Shown here one piece after another: positions 22,104-31,453 of a stretch of DNA of 64,000 nt. The stretch spans positions 208,355 through 272,354 of the forward strand of contig CAVPSJ010000012.1 in the NCBI GenBank assembly GCA_963708295.1, read 5' to 3'. The stretch's first letter is position 1. The number at the start of each line of letters is the position of its first letter. The notes beneath the pieces are model-generated. The model did no database searches. It saw nothing but the letters and a program-made list of their open reading frames with translations, and was not told the origin of the DNA. The position numbers were made by a program, and so were the translations under genes. Source of the stretch: an uncultured delta proteobacterium (GTDB taxonomy: Bacteria > Desulfobacterota > BSN033 > UBA1163).

Positions 22104-22281
22104 TCTTCTCTCTTGAAAAATGTTTCGTTTGATCCGACCATAAGATTCGCAGATACCTGGATAGGGCTATTTATGAAGCCTCGTCCGGTCGCACTCCGCT
22201 GTACCTGTCGTGCTTATCTCGGGAGCATCAGGTCCTTTCACCTTTACCTTCCTGTCAATGAAATATAGCCGTCTTAAATAC

Positions 22282-22311
22282 ATTATATGCTTCCGTTCTC
22301 AGTCGGGTCAA
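22282..22311 (-). promoter_or_regulatory. Putative sigma70 promoter for the beta-barrel/kdp operon
   Basis: TTGACC-N18-TATAAT on the minus strand. Confidence 0.5.
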
Positions 22312-22391
22312 CTTTTCGACTCACCATCAATACTTCAGACTCTGAATTCTTGTTTTCCCCCATCACCCTATTTTTCTCGTGTAGTCCCGAA

Positions 22392-22930
22392 TCATTCCCA
22401 TCCCCTTTTTACCACATACACCTCAATCCAGGGTTCTTTATTGTATGCACTGTTTACGATTCCATAAACGGTAATCAAGATCATTTACACCTAAGTGATA
22501 AGCACCTTGCTCCTTAGCTTCCTTTTTACTTATGAATAAATGATCAAACAGAGGCTCCTCTATTTCTTTCCCACTCTGGGCGATGAATCCAACGTAGTAG
22601 GTGGAAAGAAATTTGGGACCATTCGTGTCATTCAGGAATTTATTTTCAAAACCGCCAAACCTGCAATGTAATTTTATTTGCTGCCCCACAAAATCATTGG
22701 GTGATGCCTTCAATTTCCTCGCCAGGACAAGAAGCTCCCCCTTCATTTCAGGCTTTGAGGTTACTGCGGGTTTCGTCTGACTTTCAAACGATGCTATCTT
22801 CTCCTTCAAGACCCTGTTTTCTTCTTGAAGCTTAGCAAGGTCTTTATTCTCTTTGGCACATCCGTATACAAGGCTCATAGCCAATATTAGGGCAATGACT
22901 GCAGTAAGAAGGGTCACAGCTCGCCCACGT
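22392..22930 (-). CDS. Hypothetical lipoprotein (coiled coil plus OB-fold-like part), frameshifted; start uncertain
   Basis: Hydrophobic stretch with VYGC lipobox-like motif; continues as ITVYGIVNSAYNKEPWIEV in a shifted frame. Confidence 0.55.
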
Positions 22931-22979
22931 GCCGGAAAGCCGGTGTAGCGGGTCCAGCGCTTCTTTACATTAGTTCCGA

Positions 22980-23050
22980 AGTCGTCATCCCCGAGAAAGC
23001 GGGGATCCAGCCCAAGAATACTGGATTCCGCGTCAAGCCCGGAACGACAT
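22980..23050. repeat. GTCAT..ATGAC-type REP-like hairpin pair
   Basis: GTCATCCCCGAGAAAGCGGGGATCCAG...CTGGATTCCGCGTCAAGCCCGGAACGAC; related units at 24890-24990 and 47894-47970. Confidence 0.6.
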
Positions 23051-23110
23051 TTAAAGTAACGGGACTTTTGACGCAGTGCGCTAGCCAGCGGTTTCTTAAG
23101 CTTAAACACA

Positions 23111-24815
23111 TCAGGACAATTTTGAAGGGCTGAATTCATTGGCCGCCTCCCAATCAAAAATCACCTTCATCGCTTCTTGAGGAGTCCGGACGGACCTAAG
23201 ACTCTGAAGAAGATGCCTGTTTTGACCTGCCCGGCTGGCAAGACCTAAAATCTGAATTTGAGTATCAGGAGTCCGGGCCGGGGAAAGAATCAGAAAGACA
23301 AGTTCAATAGGTTTTTCCGTGGATATATCGGAGACCCCTTGTTTTGTTAAACCAATGGCAATGACTGGAGTGGTCAGGCCATCGGACCGAACATGAGGAA
23401 AAGCCACCCCTTCGTTGAAAAAGGTCGAGCCCTGTTCCTCCCTCTTCATGATGGACTTGAATAATGCCTCAACATCTTCTATCCCGTCACCTTTCCCGAT
23501 CGCCTCCGCCAATGTTCGAAGAACAATTTCTTTTCGGACAGGTTGATCCCAGATGACAACACGTCGAGGCGTCAACAGTCGACTCAGCCTCAGCCGATCC
23601 GGGGCCTGAGCCGCAGTTTGAGAAGGCGTGATGGTGGGGGCTCTTTCCTCTGAAACCTCCAAAGAAGGCCTCCAGGTGAGGGGTTTTTCTTCACGGGTGT
23701 CGAGTACGATGACGGTAACCCCCTCGGCATTCTCAACAAGATTCCTAACAATATCTTTATTCTTTCCAAACCTCTTATAGAATGGTTTCGGGGTTGATCT
23801 TCCAATGACGATATGACCCACACGATATTCCTTCGCAAACCTGAGGAGAGTATCCGCAACATCCTCTCCTTTGTAAGTGAAAACCATTGCGCCCAGTTGT
23901 TTGGCCAGAGTCAACGTATTAGAGATGAAACGTTGGGTTTGGGCATCGATGACTGTAGCTTCCTCGGAAGGAGTTTGAACATAGACAGCATACCAGTTCC
24001 GGTTGAGCTTCCCTGCCAGGCGCGAAGCATAGCGTAACAGGTTCTCACTGTTTGGGCCCCGCGAACTCAGGCAGACCATCACCTGGTCCGGAGTGGTCCT
24101 ATTCTCTTCCTCAGAATCTTCACGCCTTCTTAAATCGATCTGTGAAGCAAGTTCACGGAGAGTGAGCTCACGAAGCTTCTCCAAATTCGAGATCTTAAAG
24201 AAATTGATTAAAGCCGTCTCGATCCGTTCCTTTGGATAAATTTTGCCTTCTGTCAGACGTTTCTGTAGATCTTCCGTGCTCACGTCCACATCAACGATCT
24301 GGTCCGCCTCAGCAAGAACGGAATCAGGAAGACGCTCTCGCACCTTCACCCCGACCGCGTTCTCAACAGTGTTGTAAAGGCTCTCGAGATGCTGAACGTT
24401 CATCGTAGTGATGACATGTATGCCTGCTGCAAGAATGTCCTGGACATCCTGGTATCTTTTCGGGTTCCGACTCCCCGGAACATTCGTATGGGCAAGTTCG
24501 TCAATGAGAGCGACCTGGGGTTTGGGGGCTAAGATTGCATCCATGTCCATTTCTTCCACAGTCACACCGTGATACTCCTGCTGGCGTCTTGGGATAGCTT
24601 TCAGTCCCTCGGCAAGTTTTGCGATATCGGCACGGCCATGCGTTTCGAGTAGCCCGATCACCACGTCTATCCCTTCGTCCTTAATTCGATGACCTTCCTG
24701 AAGCATCTGATAAGTTTTCCCTACCCCTGCGCAGTAGCCGAGGTAAACTTTCAGCCTTCCGCGCTGACTGCGGCGGATCATCCTGAGAAAAGTATTAGCC
24801 TTGATCTTCAGCCAT
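23111..24815 (-). CDS. Cytoplasmic KdpD N-domain + Usp + PTS EIIA (Ntr/fructose-type) fusion
   Basis: RGRLKVYLGYCAGVGKTY, DELAHTN, Usp domain, then REEQGSTFFNEGVAFPHVR EIIA motif; no TM or kinase; 5' end has an indel. Confidence 0.9.
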
Positions 24816-25031
24816 GGCTACCCAATGATCTCAATTGTAATCCCCCTCCTTCAGACAGGAGGGGCATTAAATTATTTACTGACCAGTTTGTCATTCCGGG
24901 TCGTGACCCGCAAATCCAGTAAATTTCCCTTGGATCCCCCTGTTTCTAAGGGGGCTATACCCCGTACTTTGGCACCGGGAGGAAATGACGCTGATTGTCG
25001 CCATTGATGTCGCTGTGTATATCTCAAATCA

Positions 25032-26882
25032 TCATTGAAAGATTCTCTCCTCCTTCGAAATCCGGTCAGCTCTTCTGAGAGTAAAGGTGAAGGTGGATCC
25101 CTTTTCCCTCACTGCTTTCGACGCCGACCGTTCCGCCATGAGCCTCCACAATCTCCTTAACGATGGCAAGGCCAAGCCCTGCTCCTGTTTCTGTTCCCTG
25201 TTCAGGGACACGGAAGAATTGCTCAAAGATCCTTGGGAGATACTTACCGGGAATACCCCGACCGGTATCTGAGATGAAGAACTGAACCCGTTCTTCATCA
25301 GCCTTCGCAGAAAAGGCGATTTTGCCTCCAGGAGGCGTGTACTTGAGCGCATTCGAGAGCAGGTTGGAGATGACATGGTTCATCCGGGCCAGGTCGGCCC
25401 AAACTTCAGGCAAATCACCCGGCAGCTCAACGCTCAAAGTCACTCCCTGGTCCTGGGCAGCCCTCTGAAAGGGCTCCAAGGCTTCTGAAACCATTGAATG
25501 AGGAGAGACAGACCGAAATTCCATCGGAACCCTCCCGGATTCGATCCGACTGATATCCAGGAGGTTATTGAGGATGCCGTGCAGCCGGTCGCTGTCCTCT
25601 CTGGCTGCTACCAGAAGCTCTGCCTGTTTCTCAGTGAGCGTTCCTACCTTCTCTTCCAGCAGCAGGTGGATCGCCATGCGAATGGAGGTAAGGGGAGTTT
25701 TCAGTTGATGGGAGACGGTTGAGATGACTCCCCTTTTCATCTCGTCCTGCTGTCGGAGCTGTGTGACATCCTGAAGCACAAGGATGACCCCGGTGGGCTG
25801 CCTGTCATCGTCTAAGATAGGGATTGCCTCAGGGCGATAATATCGCTCCTCTCCTCTCACAAACTGTTGAATCACTCTTTGCTGCTCCTTTTGCTGCACG
25901 CCACGGCCCTTGCTGAGAGCGTCGTTGTACAGATCAACCATCCATCCAAAAGGCGAAGCAAAAACGGAGGCGTTGGGCCTTAGCCCAAAGATGTCTCTGG
26001 CCATCTCCGTTGCCACTTCCACCTTCCCTTCAAGGTCGATCACCGCAACGGCATCGAGGAGGCTGTCGAATGCCCGCTGGGTTGCGCGTTGAATCCGAAC
26101 GAGTTTGGCCTGATCGGACCGGCGAAATTCCCGAAGGCTTGCCGTCATTGCATTGAAGGCTTCGGAAAGGTGTCCCACTTCATCCCGGGATTCGCTCTGC
26201 ACGACAAGGTCAAGATTTCCCCGCTTGATCTCATCTGCTGATTGAATAAGGTGATTGATCGGACGAAGAATCCACCTGCCGGTGAAGAAAATAAATCCGA
26301 CGGCGACAATCGATACCGAACAATAAGAAGAATATACATCTGATTTCGAGCTGCGGCTGCGCTATTTCGGGCCAGATCGTTTGCATCACTCATATTCTGT
26401 TGATTCATCCGGAGGATTTCGCTTGCCGTGTCCTTGATCTGTAGGAATAACGGGAAAAGGTCCGTAAAATAGGCGTTGCGCCTGAGGGTAATCGGTGTCT
26501 TCGAATCCTCTACCCTCTTAAGTATTGTTTTGTATTGGCTAAAAAGATCCTGAAGATGAGATGCCCTTTCCCCTTCTCCGGGAAGCGTGATGTTATTCAA
26601 CTCAACTCCAAGTGCCATCTCAAAAGCCAGTTCGTTCTTGCGGATGAGTTCGTCCCCTTTCTGGGTATATCCCAGAAGTTCAAAAAGTATTCCGCTGTCC
26701 ATCCGCTCCAGGGCTTCTTTCATTTGTTGACATGCAATGACACTCCGGTAGTTCTCACGGAGAATCACATCGATCGATTCTCCCAGTTTGGTCAGATGGA
26801 CGATGCTTTGGATGCCTATGATTAAGATGATGAGCAACAATCCACCGAACCCAAGAGACAATTTCTGCCGAAGCCCCAGCAT
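25032..26882 (-). CDS. Sensor histidine kinase (KinB-like layout), paralog of 10885-12731; frameshifted
   Basis: ILRENYRS sensor, HAMP, VSHQLKTPL H-box, NLLSNA, DTGRG, GAGLGL. Confidence 0.9.
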
Positions 26883-26911
26883 ATGTTTCACTCCTTTCGT
26901 CCAATCTATAT

Positions 26912-26928
26912 AGCAAACTCCATGCCTT
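26912..26928 (-). promoter_or_regulatory. sigma54 (-24/-12) promoter
   Basis: AAGGCATGGAGTTTGCT: GG-N10-GC, 30 bp upstream of the kinase ATG. Confidence 0.7.
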
Positions 26929-27060
26929 AAAGATCTCCACATGACATTCCATCTATTTGAAGCGCGTCCGAACCCATTACCCGAATAATAACGGACGGTT
27001 TCCTTATTCTCTTCGTTCGGTGTTATTGGTGCTGTTTGAAACTATTTTTCGACAGTGGGG

Positions 27061-27104
27061 TTGCAAGTTGCAAGAAAGCAAAAAAAGAAGCTTGAAAGTT
27101 GCAA
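27061..27104. promoter_or_regulatory. Tandem putative enhancer (UAS) sites for a sigma54 activator
   Basis: TTGCAAGTTGCAA (27061-27073) and TTGAAAGTTGCAA (27092-27104), 31 bp apart. Confidence 0.55.
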
Positions 27105-27543
27105 GTCATGAGAAAGGGGATTAGCGATTACAGGCCTTCAAAGGAGAATGAAAAGGGGATTGCTCATGCAGAACGTACCCAGATATTTTCAAACGTAATG
27201 AAGGTTCTATCACCGGTAATTAGGTATTGATATCAAGAGATGAGCAGAACCACGGGGATTATAGAGGATCAGTTATACTCCACGGCAAAGGATCCTAATG
27301 AATTCTTGGTTTCACGTCTACACTATTGATACTCATGAGCGAACCTTCGGCGCAATGCAGAATGGCCAAAGGTGAAGATCAAATATACCAAGACACCAAA
27401 TTAGTCAACCCCTGACCCCATCTTCCAGGATGTTTTACCTCAAAGATAGAGATAGCCACTTAACCTTTTGGTCTACCTGAAAAGTGTGTGTTACGATTCA
27501 AAAGAAGTTTTGTTCCCAAAGATCGATCGCCTGGAGGAATGGA

Positions 27544-28515
27544 ATGCGTTACAGCTATTCAGAAGTTTGGATTCTTGTCTCCACAATCCATTGGGTTATC
27601 CCCCTTATCCTCATCGTGTGGACATGGCGGAAGAATTACACCGGTTGGATGAGCTGGATCATGCAGGTAGTGCTTCTCGCTTCTTACACAGCGTTTGTCT
27701 TTCTCATGGGGACCTGGATGTTCGCCAGTTTCTATGTCCGGTATATGATCGTGGCCTTTTCGATAGCCGCGGCAATCCGATCGTTATTAAAGATAAGACG
27801 TTTGCAGTCCCCCGTTCAACCCCGTTTTTGGACTTGGATCGGCTACGGAGCGAAGCTACTCGTTTCAATCATACTGGCCTATCTCATGGTGGGCGCCGTT
27901 CGGTCCCATTTCTACGATGAAGAACCGGTGAGCCTCTCATTTCCCTTTAGGAACGGTGTCTATGCGGTATTCGAGGGGGGGAATGGCAGGGCAAGTTCCC
28001 TCATGAACTATCATTACGGCTCATCCATGCACAAGGGTGCCAGTGTAAACCGTTCGATGAAATACGCCGTCGATGTGACGAAGCTCAGCATGTGGGGAAA
28101 CGATGCGAATGGAATACTCCCGAGGGATAACGCGAAATATGCCATTTTCAATGAGGTCCTCTACAGCCCCTGTGATGGCGAGATCTTTGATGTGGTCGAC
28201 AAATGGGACGACAATGTGCCGTTTGGCGACAAGGCTCCCTACAACGATGGGAACCATGTCGTCATCAAGACAAGTAACTTCTATGTATTGATGGGCCATT
28301 TGCAGAAGGGGAGCATAACGGTCAAAGTGGGGGACCGGGTCAAGCAGGGACAACCCATCGCCAAAGCCGGCAATTCCGGATGGACACTCCAACCGCATAC
28401 GCACATTCAGGCCATGAAGCTATCGCCAGGTTCGTTTTGGGCAGCAGAAGGTCTTCCGATTTATTTTGACGGAAAGAATGCGGTGAAGAATACTCTTTTC
28501 TTTAAGTCAAAATGA
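27544..28515 (+). CDS. Membrane-anchored M23-family peptidase-like protein
   Basis: Four N-terminal TMs; HY...YAVD, SPCDGEI, GNHVVI, GHLQKGSI, GNSGWTLQPHTHIQ. Confidence 0.85.
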   Translation: MRYSYSEVWILVSTIHWVIPLILIVWTWRKNYTGWMSWIMQVVLLASYTAFVFLMGTWMFASFYVRYMIVAFSIAAAIRSLLKIRRLQSPVQPRFWTWIGYGAKLLVSIILAYLMVGAVRSHFYDEEPVSLSFPFRNGVYAVFEGGNGRASSLMNYHYGSSMHKGASVNRSMKYAVDVTKLSMWGNDANGILPRDNAKYAIFNEVLYSPCDGEIFDVVDKWDDNVPFGDKAPYNDGNHVVIKTSNFYVLMGHLQKGSITVKVGDRVKQGQPIAKAGNSGWTLQPHTHIQAMKLSPGSFWAAEGLPIYFDGKNAVKNTLFFKSK

Positions 28516-28596
28516 GGACCGAGCAGAAGTTTGAAAAAATGTGGACCCCTTCCTGACCGCATTCCAAAATTTTGGAAAAAGGTGTATATTGAGTGA

Positions 28597-28750
28597 ACTC
28601 CGTTAGAAAGCCTTCTGATTTCTAACGGGAAGCTCACACGGGGTCTTAATCCTGATGTCCGCCCCGTTTAGAGATAAGTCTCTAACGAGGTCCGCTGAAA
28701 ATGGAATGGTTTTCATCCTCGTCCAAAACCGCGGGGTTTTCCAACGGGGT
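28597..28750. mobile_element. MITE family with ACCCCGTTAGAA / TTCTAACGGGGT termini, copy with nested mini-palindrome
   Basis: Shares internal sequence with 61465-61587; extra CCCCGTTAGAGATAAGTCTCTAACGAGG inside. Confidence 0.7.
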
Positions 28751-28777
28751 AAGTGGAACGAAACTTAAAACGGAGGT

Positions 28778-29221
28778 ATGGATATGGCATTTTTGGAATG
28801 GGATCCGAGGTTCAGCGTAAGGATCGCTGAAATTGATCAACAACACAAAAAATTGATTGGTCTGATCAATCGCCTGCATGAATCCATGCGACAGGCCGGC
28901 GACCGGGATGCGTTGGAAACTGCGATACAAGAATTGAATGCCCAGGCGACCGTGATCAACGAAATGGTTGAATACTCATCGTATCACTTTTCCACTGAGG
29001 AGAAGTACATGCGCCAGTACGTGTATCCTGATTATGAAAAACATAAGAAGGAACACGAATACTTCAGTAACAAAGTCCGAACATTGAAAAGTGATTTCGA
29101 TGGCGGGCAAGCCATCCTATCCAGCCAAATCATGGAATTTCTCAAAAAATGGTTAAGCGAGCACATACTCGGTATGGACAAGAAATACGAGCCCTTCTTT
29201 CAAATGAAAGGGCTAAAATAA
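28778..29221 (+). CDS. Bacteriohemerythrin
   Basis: W...FSV..AEIDQQH, HFSTEE, HKKEH, WLSEHILGMD. Confidence 0.93.
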   Translation: MDMAFLEWDPRFSVRIAEIDQQHKKLIGLINRLHESMRQAGDRDALETAIQELNAQATVINEMVEYSSYHFSTEEKYMRQYVYPDYEKHKKEHEYFSNKVRTLKSDFDGGQAILSSQIMEFLKKWLSEHILGMDKKYEPFFQMKGLK

Positions 29222-29257
29222 ACATCACCCAGACCTTCGACCATCATGGCAAGACTG

Positions 29258-29286
29258 TAGACGACACCGAAATTCTTTGGTATAAT
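29258..29286 (+). promoter_or_regulatory. Putative sigma70 promoter
   Basis: TAGACG-N17-TATAAT with extended TG. Confidence 0.5.
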
Positions 29287-29403
29287 GAAATCTAAACAAA
29301 CAACAAGCTTTTGTTGCAAGCAGGCTGCAATGCCTTAGGCTTTATAGAACTCAGACGAGGGATCATTTGATTAAGAAGGTTGGTTAGGCATGAAGGAGGA
29401 TGG

Positions 29404-29520
29404 ATGCAAAAGAGACCAGCAAAAACGAAAAGAATAGTTAAGGCCCTCGCGAAACGGAGTACTATTGGAAAAGCGCGAATCAGAAGGGCAGTGAGGATCG
29501 TACTAAAAAAAGCAGCATAG
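29404..29520 (+). CDS. Small, highly basic peptide (38 aa)
   Basis: SD GGAGG; MQKRPAKTKRIVKALAKRSTIGKARIRRAVRIVLKKAA*. Confidence 0.5.
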   Translation: MQKRPAKTKRIVKALAKRSTIGKARIRRAVRIVLKKAA

Positions 29521-29535
29521 AAGTTAGGCAAGATT

Positions 29536-30153
29536 ATGCCTGCACGTTATGAAGACAATGTTTTCATAAATTGCCCCTTTGATGATGAATACAAACCCAT
29601 ATTTGACGCTGTGATCTTCGCGGTCCACGATGCCGGTTTTATAGCAAGATGTGCTCTTGAAATCAGTGACGCAGCTCAAAATCGATTTGAGAAGATCGTC
29701 GATACCATTTCCGAATGTAAATATGGTATCCATGACATCTCGCGAACCGAACTTGACCCTGTAAATTCCCTTCCTCGATTTAACATGCCCCTTGAGCTCG
29801 GGATTTTCCTTGGATGCAATAAATTTGGTGGTGCGAAGGATCGCATGAAAATGTGCATGATCCTGGATAAAGAACCATACAGGTATCAAAAGTTTATCTC
29901 TGATATAGCCGGTCAGGACATATTTGCCCATGGCCATGATCCCAAGAAAGCTATTGAAAAAGTTAGAAATTGGCTCCGGATCGCTTCCAGACGTAACAAC
30001 ATACCTGGCGGCGCCAAGATCTATGAACGTTACACTCGATTTGAGAAAGACCTTCCGGATATATGCAGAGTATTAAATATCCAGATCGAAGAACTAACGT
30101 TCGTGGATTTCACTCACGTCATAACTGAATGGCTCAAGGTTCATGCGATTTAA
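29536..30153 (+). CDS. Hypothetical protein with nucleoside deoxyribosyltransferase/TIR-like fold
   Basis: VFINCPFD...IHDISR...PRFNMPLELG pattern. Confidence 0.75.
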   Translation: MPARYEDNVFINCPFDDEYKPIFDAVIFAVHDAGFIARCALEISDAAQNRFEKIVDTISECKYGIHDISRTELDPVNSLPRFNMPLELGIFLGCNKFGGAKDRMKMCMILDKEPYRYQKFISDIAGQDIFAHGHDPKKAIEKVRNWLRIASRRNNIPGGAKIYERYTRFEKDLPDICRVLNIQIEELTFVDFTHVITEWLKVHAI

Positions 30154-30177
30154 GCAGGCGGACGCAGGGTCGTTTTT

Positions 30178-30246
30178 GTGCCTCGTGTAGCTCGTTTAGA
30201 TGTGCCACGAGTTTTGCATCGCGTGATCGCGCGGGGTCTGGAAAAA
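30178..30246 (+). pseudogene. N-terminal remnant of a REP-associated tyrosine (Y1) transposase
   Basis: MPRVARLDVPRVLHRVIARGLE resembles the MPRxARLDxPGxLHHVxxRG start. Confidence 0.6.
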
Positions 30247-30256
30247 GGAGGATATC

Positions 30257-31231
30257 ATGAAGCGTTCAATGTTTGCTCTGGGTTTGTTGTTATTCGTGTA
30301 CGGTATTGGCTTGGGGGCGACAACCACCCTGGCCCAGCCTTATCCCAATCGTCCCATTCAACTGGTCGTCCCTCTGCCTCCGGGCGCGCAAGGAGATGTA
30401 AGCGCAAGGATCCTGTCCGATGAAATGGCAAAGATTCTTGGCACGCAGATCATTGTGGTGAACAAACCAGGCGCAGCATTGACCCTGGGAACGGATGCCG
30501 TTGTTCGAAGCAAAAAGGATGGCTATACGATCGTCTATACGAGTTCCGGAGCCCTTGTTTATGCCCGGGTGATCAATCCCGAGACGGTTCCCTACAATCC
30601 TAGCAAAGACCTGGAGCCTCTTGGGGTGCACTTATTCTATCCTTTGACCGTAACCGTTCAGGAGAGTTCCCCCTGGAAGACCTTGCCGGAGCTGGTTGAC
30701 TATGCCAAGAAGAATCCCGGAAAACTCCGTGTGAGTACGACGGGTGTCGGCAGTACAGACCATTTCAACGTAGGAATCATTCAGTCCGTGACGGGTGCCC
30801 AATTCACTCACGTCCCATTCAAAGGAGGCGAATCCGTTGTCGCAGCCTTGCTGGGGGGGCATGTGGAAATCACCTTTGATACCCTGAGCAAGGTCCTCCC
30901 TCACGTCGAGGCTGGAAAGCTGAGAATTCTTGTGATCTCCAAAAAGAGAGCTGAGTTTCCCAACATCCCTACCCTGACTGAATTAGGCTACAAGCAGGGG
31001 ATGATCTCAGCATGGTTTGGATTCTATGCCCCGGCTGGAATCCCAGAGGAAGTTAAGAACACACTCGTGTCAGCCATTGAGAAAGCCATCAATCATCCTG
31101 AATTAAAGGCTAAAACCGAGAAATTAGGTTTCATTGTGGATTACAAGTCTCCGGCCGAATCGAGGAAGCTCGCGGAGGAAGACTACGAGAGGGCCCTGGT
31201 GATAGCTGAGAAGTTAGGGCTACGCAAATAA
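30257..31231 (+). CDS. Tripartite tricarboxylate transporter substrate-binding protein (Bug/TctC)
   Basis: YPNRPIQLVVP.PPG, NKPGA, DGYT, HVPFKGG, PTLTELG. Confidence 0.93.
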   Translation: MKRSMFALGLLLFVYGIGLGATTTLAQPYPNRPIQLVVPLPPGAQGDVSARILSDEMAKILGTQIIVVNKPGAALTLGTDAVVRSKKDGYTIVYTSSGALVYARVINPETVPYNPSKDLEPLGVHLFYPLTVTVQESSPWKTLPELVDYAKKNPGKLRVSTTGVGSTDHFNVGIIQSVTGAQFTHVPFKGGESVVAALLGGHVEITFDTLSKVLPHVEAGKLRILVISKKRAEFPNIPTLTELGYKQGMISAWFGFYAPAGIPEEVKNTLVSAIEKAINHPELKAKTEKLGFIVDYKSPAESRKLAEEDYERALVIAEKLGLRK

Positions 31232-31259
31232 TTAGACCCATGACGTAATTTCGATCGAC

Positions 31260-31425
31260 TCAAACAATAAGAATTGAGACCTCAGACATTAGATTGCAGA
31301 ATGAAACCTAGGCTTAAGGCTGAGAAATTCTAAATCTGAACTTAAGCCTAAGCCTGCATGCAGTGCTTGTCTGGTGTCTGACGTCCGTAGTCCGACGTCT
31401 GATATCTAAAGTCCAGTGTCTGAAC
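31260..31425. repeat. Degenerate short-unit arrays (CTAAGC; GTCTGAC-like heptamers)
   Basis: gtctggtgtctgacgtccgtagtccgacgtctgatatctaaagtccagtgtctga. Confidence 0.55.
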
Positions 31426-31453
31426 TCCTGGGAGCAAGAAAAGGACAGAAGAA

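Noticed and set aside
22171-22183. 13-nt match CGAGGCTTCATAA shared with 44429-44441
   Set aside because: A match this short is expected by chance in 64 kb
27240-27420. Possible decayed transposase 3' end (LHY motif, CCTGACCCC)
   Set aside because: Too degenerate to support
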